A stretch of DNA of 64,000 nucleotides, from contig WRAC01000002.1 in NCBI GenBank assembly GCA_009780415.1, positions 8,895 to 72,894 on the forward strand, in the 5' to 3' direction. This DNA comes from Defluviitaleaceae bacterium. GTDB lineage: Bacteria; Bacillota; Clostridia; Lachnospirales; WRAX01. Made by a program: the position numbers and the translations under genes. Shown piece after piece: positions 39,033-46,837 of this stretch; positions within the stretch are counted from its first letter, which is position 1; every line of letters starts with the position of its first letter. The notes below the pieces were generated by a model that worked only from the letters and a program-made list of their open reading frames with translations, was not told the DNA's origin and did no database searches.

Positions 39033-39791
39033 ATGGATTGCAATTCGTGTATATATTAGTTTTCCGGCACAGGCAACTCGCTCTACGCGGCAAAGCGTCT
39101 GTCCGAGGAACTCGGCAACGCGAAGCTTGTGCAGATTACGGACGAGCCGCTCCCGACTGCCGTTGGCGGCACAGGGAAAAAGGTCGGTTTTGTGTTCCCG
39201 TCCTATTATTGCAACATTCCCCGTGCCGTTCATGCTTTTGTTGAGAAGTTGGAAATCAAGCCCGATACATACATCTTCGCCATTGTTACGATGGGCGCTG
39301 TCGGACAGGGAAGCGTAGCCGCGATGAGTAAATTGCTGAAAGCAAAAGGGCTGCGGCTGGACTACGGCAGGGGCATAAAAATGCCCGCGAACAACATGCT
39401 GTTGTATAACCCCGCCGATCCGAGCAAGAGCGGCAATACGCTGGATAAGACAGACAAACTCCTTCGGACAGTTGCCGCAGATATAAAGGCGAGGATGCAA
39501 AAGGTCAATTCCCATCCGTTTATTTTGCATAACCATTTCAAGAACATCGAAACGCTGGATGCCGGTTATACAGCGGGGGATAGCTGTACAGGCTGCGGTC
39601 TCTGCGAAAAAATCTGCCCGGTGCGTAACATACGGATAGATAACGGCAAACCGCAATGGCTTCACCGCTGTGAACTCTGCGTAGCTTGCATATGCTGGTG
39701 TCCGGCAAAGGCGATAGAGAACGGCAACAAAACACAAAGCAGGCGGCGGTACCGGAATCCGCGGGTTACAGCGGAAGAACTAATAAAATAA
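39033..39791 (+). pseudogene. EFR1-family ferredoxin (flavodoxin-like domain plus 2x4Fe-4S) interrupted by an in-frame TAG at codon 9
   Basis: ATG 39033 reads MDCNSCIY-TAG(39057-39059)-FSGTGNSLYAAKRL.., so the stop precedes the flavodoxin-like SGTGNS loop. The C-terminus has CTGCGLCEKICP and CELCVACICWCP clusters. The track ORF restarts at GTG 39129. Confidence 0.65.
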
Positions 39792-39816
39792 ACCAATATG
39801 AAAGGAATGAACCAAC

Positions 39817-40053
39817 ATGAATGTAATGCCTTATTTAGCGTTCAACGGAAATTGCGCGGAAGCCCTCGCGTTATACGAGAAGGCCTTCGGAGTCAAAGCG
39901 TGCGAAGTCGTGAAATACAGTGACTCGCCGCCAGCCGAAGGATACCAACCGCCACCCGGAACAGAAGACTTCGTCATGCACACCGAATTAAAACTCGGTG
40001 CCGGCACCATCTATTTATGCAAATACATGAGACAGACAACTCCAATCATTTAA
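39817..40053 (+). pseudogene. Truncated VOC/PhnB-like (glyoxalase-fold) gene fragment
   Basis: MPYLAFNGNCAEALALYEKAFG...FVMHTELKLGAGTIYL matches the first half of PhnB-like proteins, but the ORF stops at 78 aa, roughly half the expected size. Confidence 0.5.
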
Positions 40054-40076
40054 CGGTTAGTTTCGGTTCAAAACTT

Positions 40077-40232
40077 ATGAGCGACCTTCTTAGAGAGTGG
40101 CGGCAACGTAAAAAAGACCTTGCCGATGGTGTAATTAGCAAGGCCGAATATATGGAACGGAAGGTCAACTGGCCGCAAACTTGTGATGATTGCGGTAAAT
40201 TTGAGCCAAAGAAGCAATGGCGCAAAGAATAG
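40077..40232 (+). CDS. Small hypothetical protein (51 aa, CxxC-containing)
   Basis: MSDLLREWRQRKKDLADGVISKAEYMERKVNWPQTCDDCGKFEPKKQWRKE. No function recognised. Confidence 0.35.
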   Translation: MSDLLREWRQRKKDLADGVISKAEYMERKVNWPQTCDDCGKFEPKKQWRKE

Positions 40233-40282
40233 ACCCCATAGGTACTTATGTTATCAAATCGTTATCAATTCACATAAAAACA

Positions 40283-40316
40283 CCCCGAAAAGCCTGATTT
40301 ACCTAGCTTTTCGGGG
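40283..40316 (-). terminator. Terminator following the displaced guaA-like 3' tail
   Basis: ccccgaaaagc-N12-gcttttcgggg. On the minus strand it is followed by gtttttat, so it is the better terminator in the guaA direction. Confidence 0.7.
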
Positions 40317-40325
40317 TTCGTTTAA

Positions 40326-40352
40326 TTACTCCCACTCAATAGGTACAAGCTG
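40326..40352 (-). other. Displaced guaA-like 3' end (..QLVPIEWE-stop), the left attachment-site core
   Basis: The minus strand reads cag ctt gta cct att gag tgg gag taa. The intact guaA ends ..GTVEWE-stop at 58881. The shared core is gagtggga (40330-40337 and 58885-58892). Confidence 0.6.
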
Positions 40353-40399
40353 TCTATAAATCCCGTAATATCGGGGTTGATAAACTCACAAAGATAATT

Positions 40400-40423
40400 T
40401 GTACACAAATTTGTACTCAAAAA
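40400..40423 (+). repeat. 24-bp sub-terminal direct repeat (left copy), a candidate integrase arm-type site
   Basis: tgtacacaaatttgtactcaaaaa is identical to 58736-58759. It contains the near-palindrome gtacacaaatttgtac. Confidence 0.7.
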
Positions 40424-40638
40424 CATTTTTCATCTACATTTTTTCACAGTTTCGAGAGGAAAATATTTCGCCGACGTTCGCGTTGGTTTCGGTTCGTTTT
40501 GTATATTTTATAACAGAGTAGGGACGAGATAATAAATCCCTACACAACACCATTATATCATAAAGATATGCTATTTTCAAGCCTGCGGAAAAATTCATCA
40601 TAAACAAAAGTGTCCGACGGACAACCGATGGATAACAA

Positions 40639-40670
40639 AACCGCGCCCTTTTTTTAAGGTTTGCGCGGTT
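40639..40670 (-). terminator. Terminator of the SLH/beta-helix gene
   Basis: Minus strand: aaccgcgc-N16-gcgcggtt followed by ttgttat. Confidence 0.55.
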
Positions 40671-40736
40671 TGTCCGTTTTGCTTATAACCTTGTTTCCTA
40701 ATTATAATAAGCGTCTTTTATGGTTATTATGCGTCG

Positions 40737-42770
40737 TTATTGGGTTGAATTGTACATCTCGAATATACGGTTTACAAATGTCACCATTTCGCCCCGTGTA
40801 ACTTTTACGTCTGGGAGAAATAACACATCATCATTTATCCAACCTTGACCAACTGCGGTACGGATAAATATTTCACTCCAATGCCCTGCGATATTAATAT
40901 AATGTAACGGGACGGTATTATCAAGTTCAACGAATTGGCAAAAAAGCGTTATAAGCTCCGCCCACGATAAAAATTCGTATGGGTGATAACCGCCATTCCA
41001 CCCGTTTACAACACCGCAATTTGCTAATGTTGATACGGCTTCCGTAAACCACGCATTGTAAGGTACGTCATAAAATCTGCTTGTTCTAGTATAAACGGAA
41101 ATACGGCTCTCATTTGTTAATAAACGGTATATAATCATAGCCATTTCAGCCCTGTTAATTAATTGATTCGGTAAAGTTTGACCGTCAGCATATCCTTGTA
41201 AATAAGCCTTTTGGCTTGTATCAAGCACAGCACCGCCACGCATTAGGAGTTTAGGAGCTTGTGTCTGTATCGGTGTTGGTGTCGCTGTTGGCGTGGGAGT
41301 TGGCGGCGGTGTGGGGGTGATTGCATTGATATGTATATCTCTGTCACGGTTCGGGCTTGATGTATACGGTCTATATGTCGGTTGAGATTCCCATGTGTTT
41401 TCTGTCTCTGGCGACGAAGTAATACCCGGCGTAGGCTCTGGCGTAGATTGTATCGGCGGTGGAGTAGGCACAACTTTCGGCGTAGGTATATGCATGATTG
41501 ACGGCTCTATTGTTTGAGTTGGCGTGAGCGTAGGTTCTGGCGTTGGTGCTATTTCGGGGGTTGGTTCTGGTGTTATTGTTGGTATTGGTTCAGTTGTAGG
41601 CGTAGAACTCGGTGTAGGTTCTGTCGTAGGCTCTGGTGTAGGTTCTGTCGTAGGCTCTGGTGCCGGCTCTGGTGTAGGTTCTGTCGTAGGCTTTGGGGTA
41701 GGTTCTATCGTAGGCTTTGGGGTAGGTTCTGATGTGGGTTCTGGGGTCGGCTCTGGCTCTTGGGTAGGCTCTGGTGTTGGCGTGGGTTCTGGGGTCGGCA
41801 CAGGGGTCGGGGTGGGCTTTGCCGGAGGTATTAACGGCTCGGGTATTCTGTTGAGAACAGGAAAATAATAGTCGAGAATGTCGATAAAAACGATACTTGT
41901 TTCTTGATTGTCGGGTACTTCAGTACATTCTCTGATATTATCGCGTGTTAAGCGGTTTTCGGTTTCATCATAGAAAAACCCGGAGGAGCTTGTCCCGTAC
42001 ATACTTTTATAAAAATCATTATCCAAGATAACACGCAATATACCCGTGTTGTAAATGGTAGACGCTTCGATACGAGCGACGTTTTGAGAAAAAACATTCT
42101 CGTAATCGGCCGCACGGACGTAACCGCCGAGATTAACGATTGCTCCACCCCTTACTTGTGCCATGTTTTGGCTGAATCCCGTGCGGGTCATGGTTATGCT
42201 CCCGCCGTTGTTTTGTATCGCACCCCCAACCGCGCCGATATTATCCAAAAAATCGCAACTGTCAATAGTAATAGTCGCACCCGCTTCTACCGCGAATATA
42301 GCACCGTCTGTACTGACGTTTCTAAAAAAGTAACTGCTTTCAAGGTTCATATTACCGTTTACGGCATAAATTACGCTTCCGTTTTCTTCTGACCGATGAT
42401 TTATAATGTTAAGCATAGCCAGATTAGCATTGCTATATGATGTTATCAATCTGCCCCCGAAGGTGTCCCCACCATCGAAGCGAAGATATATCATACCCGT
42501 TTGCGAATCCCCCGGTAGAAGCACGAACATTGAACCCATGTAACCGCTATGCCGTTTTATTGTTTTGCCGGAAAAGTTCAATCGTGTGCCGTTCGGAATT
42601 TCTATGCGCCCACCAATGTATATAATATTTGACGTGTTAAATACTTCTATGAACTCCTCATAATTCGTAACAACCAGTCCGGCGTTTTCGTTCCCTACGG
42701 CGTTTACCTGTCCGAATAACGCAGATAAACACATAATAGCGGCAATAAATACCGCAATTCTCTTTTTCAT
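40737..42770 (-). CDS. Secreted beta-helix (Pmp-like repeat) surface protein with a Pro/Thr/Glu linker and C-terminal SLH domains
   Basis: Signal peptide MKKRIAVFIAAIMCLSALFGQVNA. Repeats of the GGAIxN type (VGGAIQNNGGSITM.., VRGGAIVNLGG). A linker of about 100 aa of (E/K)PTP units. C-terminal SLH-like repeats (LINRAEMAMIIYRLL, FYDVPYNAWF, VTRGEMVTFVNRIF). Confidence 0.75.
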   Translation of the reverse strand: MKKRIAVFIAAIMCLSALFGQVNAVGNENAGLVVTNYEEFIEVFNTSNIIYIGGRIEIPNGTRLNFSGKTIKRHSGYMGSMFVLLPGDSQTGMIYLRFDGGDTFGGRLITSYSNANLAMLNIINHRSEENGSVIYAVNGNMNLESSYFFRNVSTDGAIFAVEAGATITIDSCDFLDNIGAVGGAIQNNGGSITMTRTGFSQNMAQVRGGAIVNLGGYVRAADYENVFSQNVARIEASTIYNTGILRVILDNDFYKSMYGTSSSGFFYDETENRLTRDNIRECTEVPDNQETSIVFIDILDYYFPVLNRIPEPLIPPAKPTPTPVPTPEPTPTPEPTQEPEPTPEPTSEPTPKPTIEPTPKPTTEPTPEPAPEPTTEPTPEPTTEPTPSSTPTTEPIPTITPEPTPEIAPTPEPTLTPTQTIEPSIMHIPTPKVVPTPPPIQSTPEPTPGITSSPETENTWESQPTYRPYTSSPNRDRDIHINAITPTPPPTPTPTATPTPIQTQAPKLLMRGGAVLDTSQKAYLQGYADGQTLPNQLINRAEMAMIIYRLLTNESRISVYTRTSRFYDVPYNAWFTEAVSTLANCGVVNGWNGGYHPYEFLSWAELITLFCQFVELDNTVPLHYINIAGHWSEIFIRTAVGQGWINDDVLFLPDVKVTRGEMVTFVNRIFEMYNSTQ
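41510..41835. repeat. Tandem 12/24-nt coding repeats (EPTP linker)
   Basis: Reiterated ggttctgtcgtaggctctggtgta-type units on the plus strand. They produce spurious Gly/Ser/Val and Arg/Cys/Trp ORFs in other frames. Confidence 0.8.
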
Positions 42771-42838
42771 GGTTTCCCCTCCTGTTTTCTTTGGTTTAAT
42801 TTGGTATAGTTTAATCCTACAACCATTTCACCAAAAAA

Positions 42839-43192
42839 TCATTGCAAACTGGGTGGGTGATTTTTTCGCCAACGCCAGATTGTGGCATTATCGGCGGGGC
42901 AGTCCGCGCCGCCGCCGTTAAGTACATCATCAATGACCGCCGCCGCGTAATGCTTGCGTGGGCGCATGAAGTCGGGTATTTCTCTGTGTAGTGATTTGCA
43001 AACAGGACAGCGGACGCGGCGTAATAGGTAGACGGTAGCATTTCCGTCGTTGACGATAACGCGGCGCGGGCGCGAATCATAGCCGGAACATAAAGAGCCG
43101 CAGAGAGGGCAGAGCGGCGCGTCAAGGTTGCGAACGTGCAGAACGTCGGAATCGGGGTCTTTTACGAGATTGTAACGAGATATAATAATCAT
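42839..43192 (-). CDS. Zinc-ribbon protein (DUF6431-like)
   Basis: Two CxxC pairs (CPLCGSLC, CPVCKSLH) in a 117-aa protein. The family assignment is from memory of the pattern. Confidence 0.45.
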   Translation of the reverse strand: MIIISRYNLVKDPDSDVLHVRNLDAPLCPLCGSLCSGYDSRPRRVIVNDGNATVYLLRRVRCPVCKSLHREIPDFMRPRKHYAAAVIDDVLNGGGADCPADNATIWRWRKNHPPSLQ

Positions 43193-43324
43193 ACGGCTTT
43201 ATCACAGCCGTTTTATGAGATACCCCATAAACGCAAAAGCCCCGCAAAACGCAAAAGATTACAGCGGCAATATATACACCTCTGTATGGTATGCGTCCTA
43301 CGGGGTTATTTAGGTTCGTTCAAT

Positions 43325-44083
43325 TCAAAGCGAGCCGTTTTTATTTTCAATAATTTTTATATACCGTTCCAGTTCTCCGACCTCGTACCCCGCTATCAGT
43401 TCGGCAAGCGCGTCCGGCTTGTGCGGTTCGTTCCCGTAGTAGCTGTCGAAGCAGTCATAATATTTGCGCCTATCGGTGAATTTTATGTTGACGGGCAGGA
43501 ATCCCGCTTTTATCAATTCAAGGTTGATTATCAACCGTCCTGTACGCCCGTTGCCGTCAATGAATGGGTGTATACCCTCAAATCGGAGGTGAAACTCCGC
43601 TATCGCTTCTATGATGTGCCGCCCGCGCTTCATATCCTCGTATTCTGCGAGCAAGGCTTCCATTTGCGGCGCGATTAGGTACGGTTGCGGCGGTGTGTGT
43701 AAAGCCCCTTGAATCATCACCGGGACGCTCCTATATATACCCCTGTTTTCTGCGTCGCTCATCAATACAAGCGTGTGAATCTCTTTTATCCGGCGTTCTG
43801 TCAACGGGTCTGCTGTGTCGGAGATTTTAACAACATACTCGAAAGCGTCACGGTGTCCGATTGCGTCAAGGTGCATACGGAGCGGCTTTTCGCCGATTGT
43901 AATATCCTCTTGGAGAATGAGCGCGGTTTCCCGTAAGGTTAAGGTGCTTCCCTCTATGGCGTTCGTGTCGTAGGTAAATTCGATGTTAAATTCATTCCGT
44001 AACCGTTTCAATTCTCCGGCATTAAGAGGACGTAAAACGGCAAGCCGCGCCTTTAATTCGTTCAATTTTGAGTAATCAATCAT
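43325..44083 (-). CDS. Fic-family protein (second copy in the window)
   Basis: Fic motif HPFIDGNGRTGRLIINL. N-terminal TNAIEG inhibitory-type motif. ATG 44083 is preceded by AAAGGGGG and overlaps the upstream ORF stop by 8 nt (ATGATTGA). Confidence 0.85.
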   Translation of the reverse strand: MIDYSKLNELKARLAVLRPLNAGELKRLRNEFNIEFTYDTNAIEGSTLTLRETALILQEDITIGEKPLRMHLDAIGHRDAFEYVVKISDTADPLTERRIKEIHTLVLMSDAENRGIYRSVPVMIQGALHTPPQPYLIAPQMEALLAEYEDMKRGRHIIEAIAEFHLRFEGIHPFIDGNGRTGRLIINLELIKAGFLPVNIKFTDRRKYYDCFDSYYGNEPHKPDALAELIAGYEVGELERYIKIIENKNGSL

Positions 44084-44303
44084 TTTGCGCCCCCTTTCCT
44101 CTCTCCATAGCTTCATCAATGGCACGATTGACAAAACCGTTAAGGCTTTCGCCGTTCGATGTTGCATAATCCTTTATACTTTCCCGCTGACCTTTTTTTA
44201 CTCGAATGTTAAGCGTATCATAAGCCTTTGAATTCCACTTGTTTTTTACGGCTGTACTCGTATGGGTTTTACGCTTTTTATCCGTTTCAGTTATAACAAC
44301 CAC
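44076..44303 (-). CDS. Ribbon-helix-helix (Arc/CopG-like) small DNA-binding protein coupled to Fic
   Basis: ..KAYDTLNIRVKKGQRESIKDYATSNGESLNGFVNRAIDEAMER is a typical RHH beta-alpha-alpha pattern. Translationally coupled to the Fic gene. Confidence 0.6.
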   Translation of the reverse strand: MVVITETDKKRKTHTSTAVKNKWNSKAYDTLNIRVKKGQRESIKDYATSNGESLNGFVNRAIDEAMERGKGAQND

Positions 44304-44419
44304 CCACTTTTATATTATTTTTGGATAATCAATAACCGCACCATTATTATATACTACTTAATACAGTATGTCAAGAAAAAAGAAATTTCAAAAATAATAA
44401 AATATTTCTCAAAAAACAC

Positions 44420-44448
44420 TTGACATACTTAACACACCATGTTATACT
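44420..44448 (+). promoter_or_regulatory. Near-consensus sigma-A promoter
   Basis: TTGACA (44420-44425), 17 nt, TG-extended TATACT (44443-44448). Confidence 0.65.
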
Positions 44449-44451
44449 ATA

Positions 44452-44596
44452 TTCAGAGGTAGAGAGAAGCGGCGGCAAGCCGAAAGCACCGGGAAAGCCT
44501 ACCCCATATCCTTGTGAGTGGTCGCATACGAACCCCAATAGTCAAGAAGATGAGTAGCCCGCTTCTCCACAAATAAAAAACAGGAGGTACACCACC
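44452..44596 (+). other. Roughly 145-nt 5' leader with a long-range closing stem, a candidate structured RNA
   Basis: gagaagcgg (44464-44472) pairs with ccgcttctc (44559-44567), enclosing 86 nt. It is followed by an A-rich tract and GGAGG before ATG 44597. No known family recognised. Confidence 0.3.
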
Positions 44597-44863
44597 ATGA
44601 TAAACTTACAAGAAAAAATCAGAGAATACCGCGAGTTTAAGCGGTTAGCAGAGGAAGCGCAAACCGCCGCCGACAGCATAGCAGACGAACTAAAAGCGGC
44701 AATGCAGGAAGCGGGACAGGACAAAATGACAATCGGTGAGTATAAGCTCTCCTACACCGAAGCTACACGCGAAACCCTCGACAAGAAAAGATTGGAAGCA
44801 GACTTGGGCGACCTGTCCGACTACACGAAAGTCACAACCTACAAGCGGTTCTCGGTAGCATAG
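44597..44863 (+). CDS. Hypothetical protein (coiled-coil N-terminus)
   Basis: RBS CAGGAGG. 88 aa ending ..YTKVTTYKRFSVA. Proteins like it are recalled from firmicute mobile elements, with no function assigned. Confidence 0.5.
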   Translation: MINLQEKIREYREFKRLAEEAQTAADSIADELKAAMQEAGQDKMTIGEYKLSYTEATRETLDKKRLEADLGDLSDYTKVTTYKRFSVA

Positions 44864-44925
44864 GAAAAGCCCTTACATTAGCACCCGACCAAGAGTAACG
44901 ATGATAAGAGCTTTAACACCACCGC

Positions 44926-44964
44926 CGGAGCGGGGTAAATCAAGTATAGCACAGCCCCGCTCCG
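44926..44964 (+). terminator. Hairpin between small ORFs (weak terminator or processing site)
   Basis: cggagcgggg-N19-ccccgctccg followed by an AT-rich tract. Confidence 0.3.
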
Positions 44965-45001
44965 AATTACAATAAAATAATTATGAATGGAGCGTGAAAT
45001 T

Positions 45002-45205
45002 ATGTTGAACCCTCAAAGCCTGCCGAACGGCGGCGAGCAGTACGAGAAATATAAACCCGCCGGGCGCGGTATTGCACCCCGCTACGCATATGATTACAGG
45101 CATACCGACGGCGAGTTGTTCTCATGCGTTAAGCGGACGCTTGACGAGTGCCGCGCGGCGCGTGATGAATGGATAGCCAAGAAAGGAAGCGGCGGCGATG
45201 TTTGA
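45002..45205 (+). CDS. Hypothetical protein
   Basis: ATG 45002 follows GGAG. Contains ..YDYRHTDGELFSCVKRTLDECRAARDEW.. The track start is 44987. Confidence 0.45.
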   Translation: MLNPQSLPNGGEQYEKYKPAGRGIAPRYAYDYRHTDGELFSCVKRTLDECRAARDEWIAKKGSGGDV

Positions 45206-45386
45206 AAAATTGTTAAAAGAAATCGAGTACGCCAAGACCGCAACTTTTAAGCGTCAATCTCTTTACCACGAATACGGGCGTATCACAATGGCGCGGGAGT
45301 TGGGCGCAATAACTCAAAATGAGTATATGGAGCTTAACCACGCTTGCGTCTATGACGGGATTAACAATCCGAAACATTACGATTAA
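45198..45386 (+). CDS. Hypothetical protein
   Basis: 62-aa ORF whose start overlaps the upstream stop. Confidence 0.4.
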   Translation: MFEKLLKEIEYAKTATFKRQSLYHEYGRITMARELGAITQNEYMELNHACVYDGINNPKHYD

Positions 45387-45471
45387 CCGAAAGTGAGCAT
45401 TAATAAAAATCGTGCCGGGCGGGAGCTTATCCGCTCGGCGCGGCAAACCAAAAACCGAAAGGGGAATAATT

Positions 45472-46026
45472 ATGTATCCAAATCTTAAAGCGGAGTTCGG
45501 AATCGGAGGGCGGCGTTTCTGCGGAGTAAGCCCGGACCCCCTCTCTATGAATGGAATCATTAAAAAGCCGTTTTTGCTTGCCGTGTTGGGCGATATGGAA
45601 TCCCTCACCGATAGGCAAGCGCAAATAATCGCCGACGCATTGAACCAGTTAAGCCATATCGGGAATTATTGGCGACCCGCAATAACAGGCGACTATCTGC
45701 TTTCGCCTACGTTGACAATGTTTATCGCTGAAACTCACGAAAGGGAACATTTTAATTTATTTACCTTGATTGATATGCAGGGAATTATTGAGCAATACTG
45801 CGACGAGAGTAACTTCGTGTTTGAGTATCTCGACGACGACGAGCGGGACTTCCAAAAGATGTTTTATCGACATATACGGCGCAATGTAGCGGAATGGCTA
45901 CCTGTTGTCGAAAGGGCATTGAATGAGCCTATAAGCTATGCGGAATATCGTTGTATGTACAGTCATATCAACTTTGCGTATCATCATTTAGCACAGGTTG
46001 TTGAAAGGGGTATGCAGTATGCGTAA
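45472..46026 (+). CDS. Hypothetical protein
   Basis: ATG 45472 follows AAAGGGGA (MYPNLKAEFG..). The track start is 45412. Confidence 0.45.
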   Translation: MYPNLKAEFGIGGRRFCGVSPDPLSMNGIIKKPFLLAVLGDMESLTDRQAQIIADALNQLSHIGNYWRPAITGDYLLSPTLTMFIAETHEREHFNLFTLIDMQGIIEQYCDESNFVFEYLDDDERDFQKMFYRHIRRNVAEWLPVVERALNEPISYAEYRCMYSHINFAYHHLAQVVERGMQYA

Positions 46027-46273
46027 AGAGCGAATCGTAATCCCCATAGACAACCCGGCAGGACTGCGGGCGCATGAAGTGTTGGTAAAAGTCGCAATGA
46101 ACCAGTTAAGACGGGCGCAGGAAGCGGTACAAGTATTTTTAGATGAAACATTCCCAAATGTTGAAATCATCGACGAAAAGGTTATGCACGAAAGCAAATA
46201 CTGGGCGTTCCTTGACGGCGGCACAACCGTAGTCTACGGTTATAAAACAAAAACGATAGAAGTTATAAATTAA
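46019..46273 (+). CDS. Hypothetical protein
   Basis: ATG 46019 follows AAGGGG and overlaps the upstream stop. 84 aa. Confidence 0.4.
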   Translation: MRKERIVIPIDNPAGLRAHEVLVKVAMNQLRRAQEAVQVFLDETFPNVEIIDEKVMHESKYWAFLDGGTTVVYGYKTKTIEVIN

Positions 46274-46281
46274 AGGCAGAA

Positions 46282-46320
46282 CGCGAATATTAGACCCCGT
46301 AAAACGGGTCTATTTTCGCG
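46282..46320. terminator. Bidirectional terminator between convergent blocks
   Basis: cgcgaatat-tagacccc-gtaaaa-cgggtcta-ttttcgcg, an extended hairpin with T/A tracts on both sides. Confidence 0.7.
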
Positions 46321-46347
46321 TTAAAGCGTCGTTTATATATAGGAGGG

Positions 46348-46773
46348 TTAATCGTCGAGCTTATCGAACAACCCCTCTTTTACGGCTTTTTTGCATATTA
46401 CACCGTATATCCGTTTTACTGAATCGGTTGACAAGTCAAGCTCCGATGCGATTTCTTTCCATGTCAGACAATTTTCAAAACGTAAATTTAATAATCGCAT
46501 ATGCTCATAGGAAAGTGAAAATAAAAACATATCAAATTCGGCGCGTTGTTTAAGTAAATCATCTGTGCTTTTTTGCATATCAATAATATTTACCATTGTA
46601 TTATCGAAGCGGTGCGGGTTTAACTGTGATTTCGGCATACCGTCGATTTTGGGATTGCCTGCGGTAGCGGAAGCGTAAAGCGACAAAAGCCGCTTATTTG
46701 CGGCGGCAATTTTGTCATGCGCTCTATACAATTTTCTGAAATGCTCGTTTTTATCGTTCACACCCGCTACCAC
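46348..46773 (-). CDS. Sigma-70 region-4-type HTH protein (phage late-transcription regulator-like, ArpU/RinA class)
   Basis: C-terminal ..LLNLRFENCLTWKEIASELDLSTDSVKRIYGVICKKA.. is a region-4 HTH. Its size (141 aa) and phage context fit. Confidence 0.55.
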   Translation of the reverse strand: MVAGVNDKNEHFRKLYRAHDKIAAANKRLLSLYASATAGNPKIDGMPKSQLNPHRFDNTMVNIIDMQKSTDDLLKQRAEFDMFLFSLSYEHMRLLNLRFENCLTWKEIASELDLSTDSVKRIYGVICKKAVKEGLFDKLDD

Positions 46774-46837
46774 CCCACGATGGTTTTATGATTACACCAA
46801 TTTCACCCCCGATAATTACATTTTCCATTGCGCCGAA

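Noticed and set aside
41510-41835. Tandem repeats that could be mistaken for a CRISPR or VNTR locus (also the tape-measure repeats at 46838-48900)
   Set aside because: The repeats are contiguous with no unique spacers, lie in frame within long ORFs, and encode EPTP or W/F-periodic protein repeats. The window has no cas genes.
44076-44303. RHH protein as a VbhA/FicA-type inhibitory antitoxin of Fic
   Set aside because: The RHH protein lacks the [ST]xxxE[GN] inhibitory helix. The motif is present inside the Fic protein itself (TNAIEG). A regulator role is therefore more likely, and the pair should not be called a classical Fic toxin-antitoxin without experimental tests.
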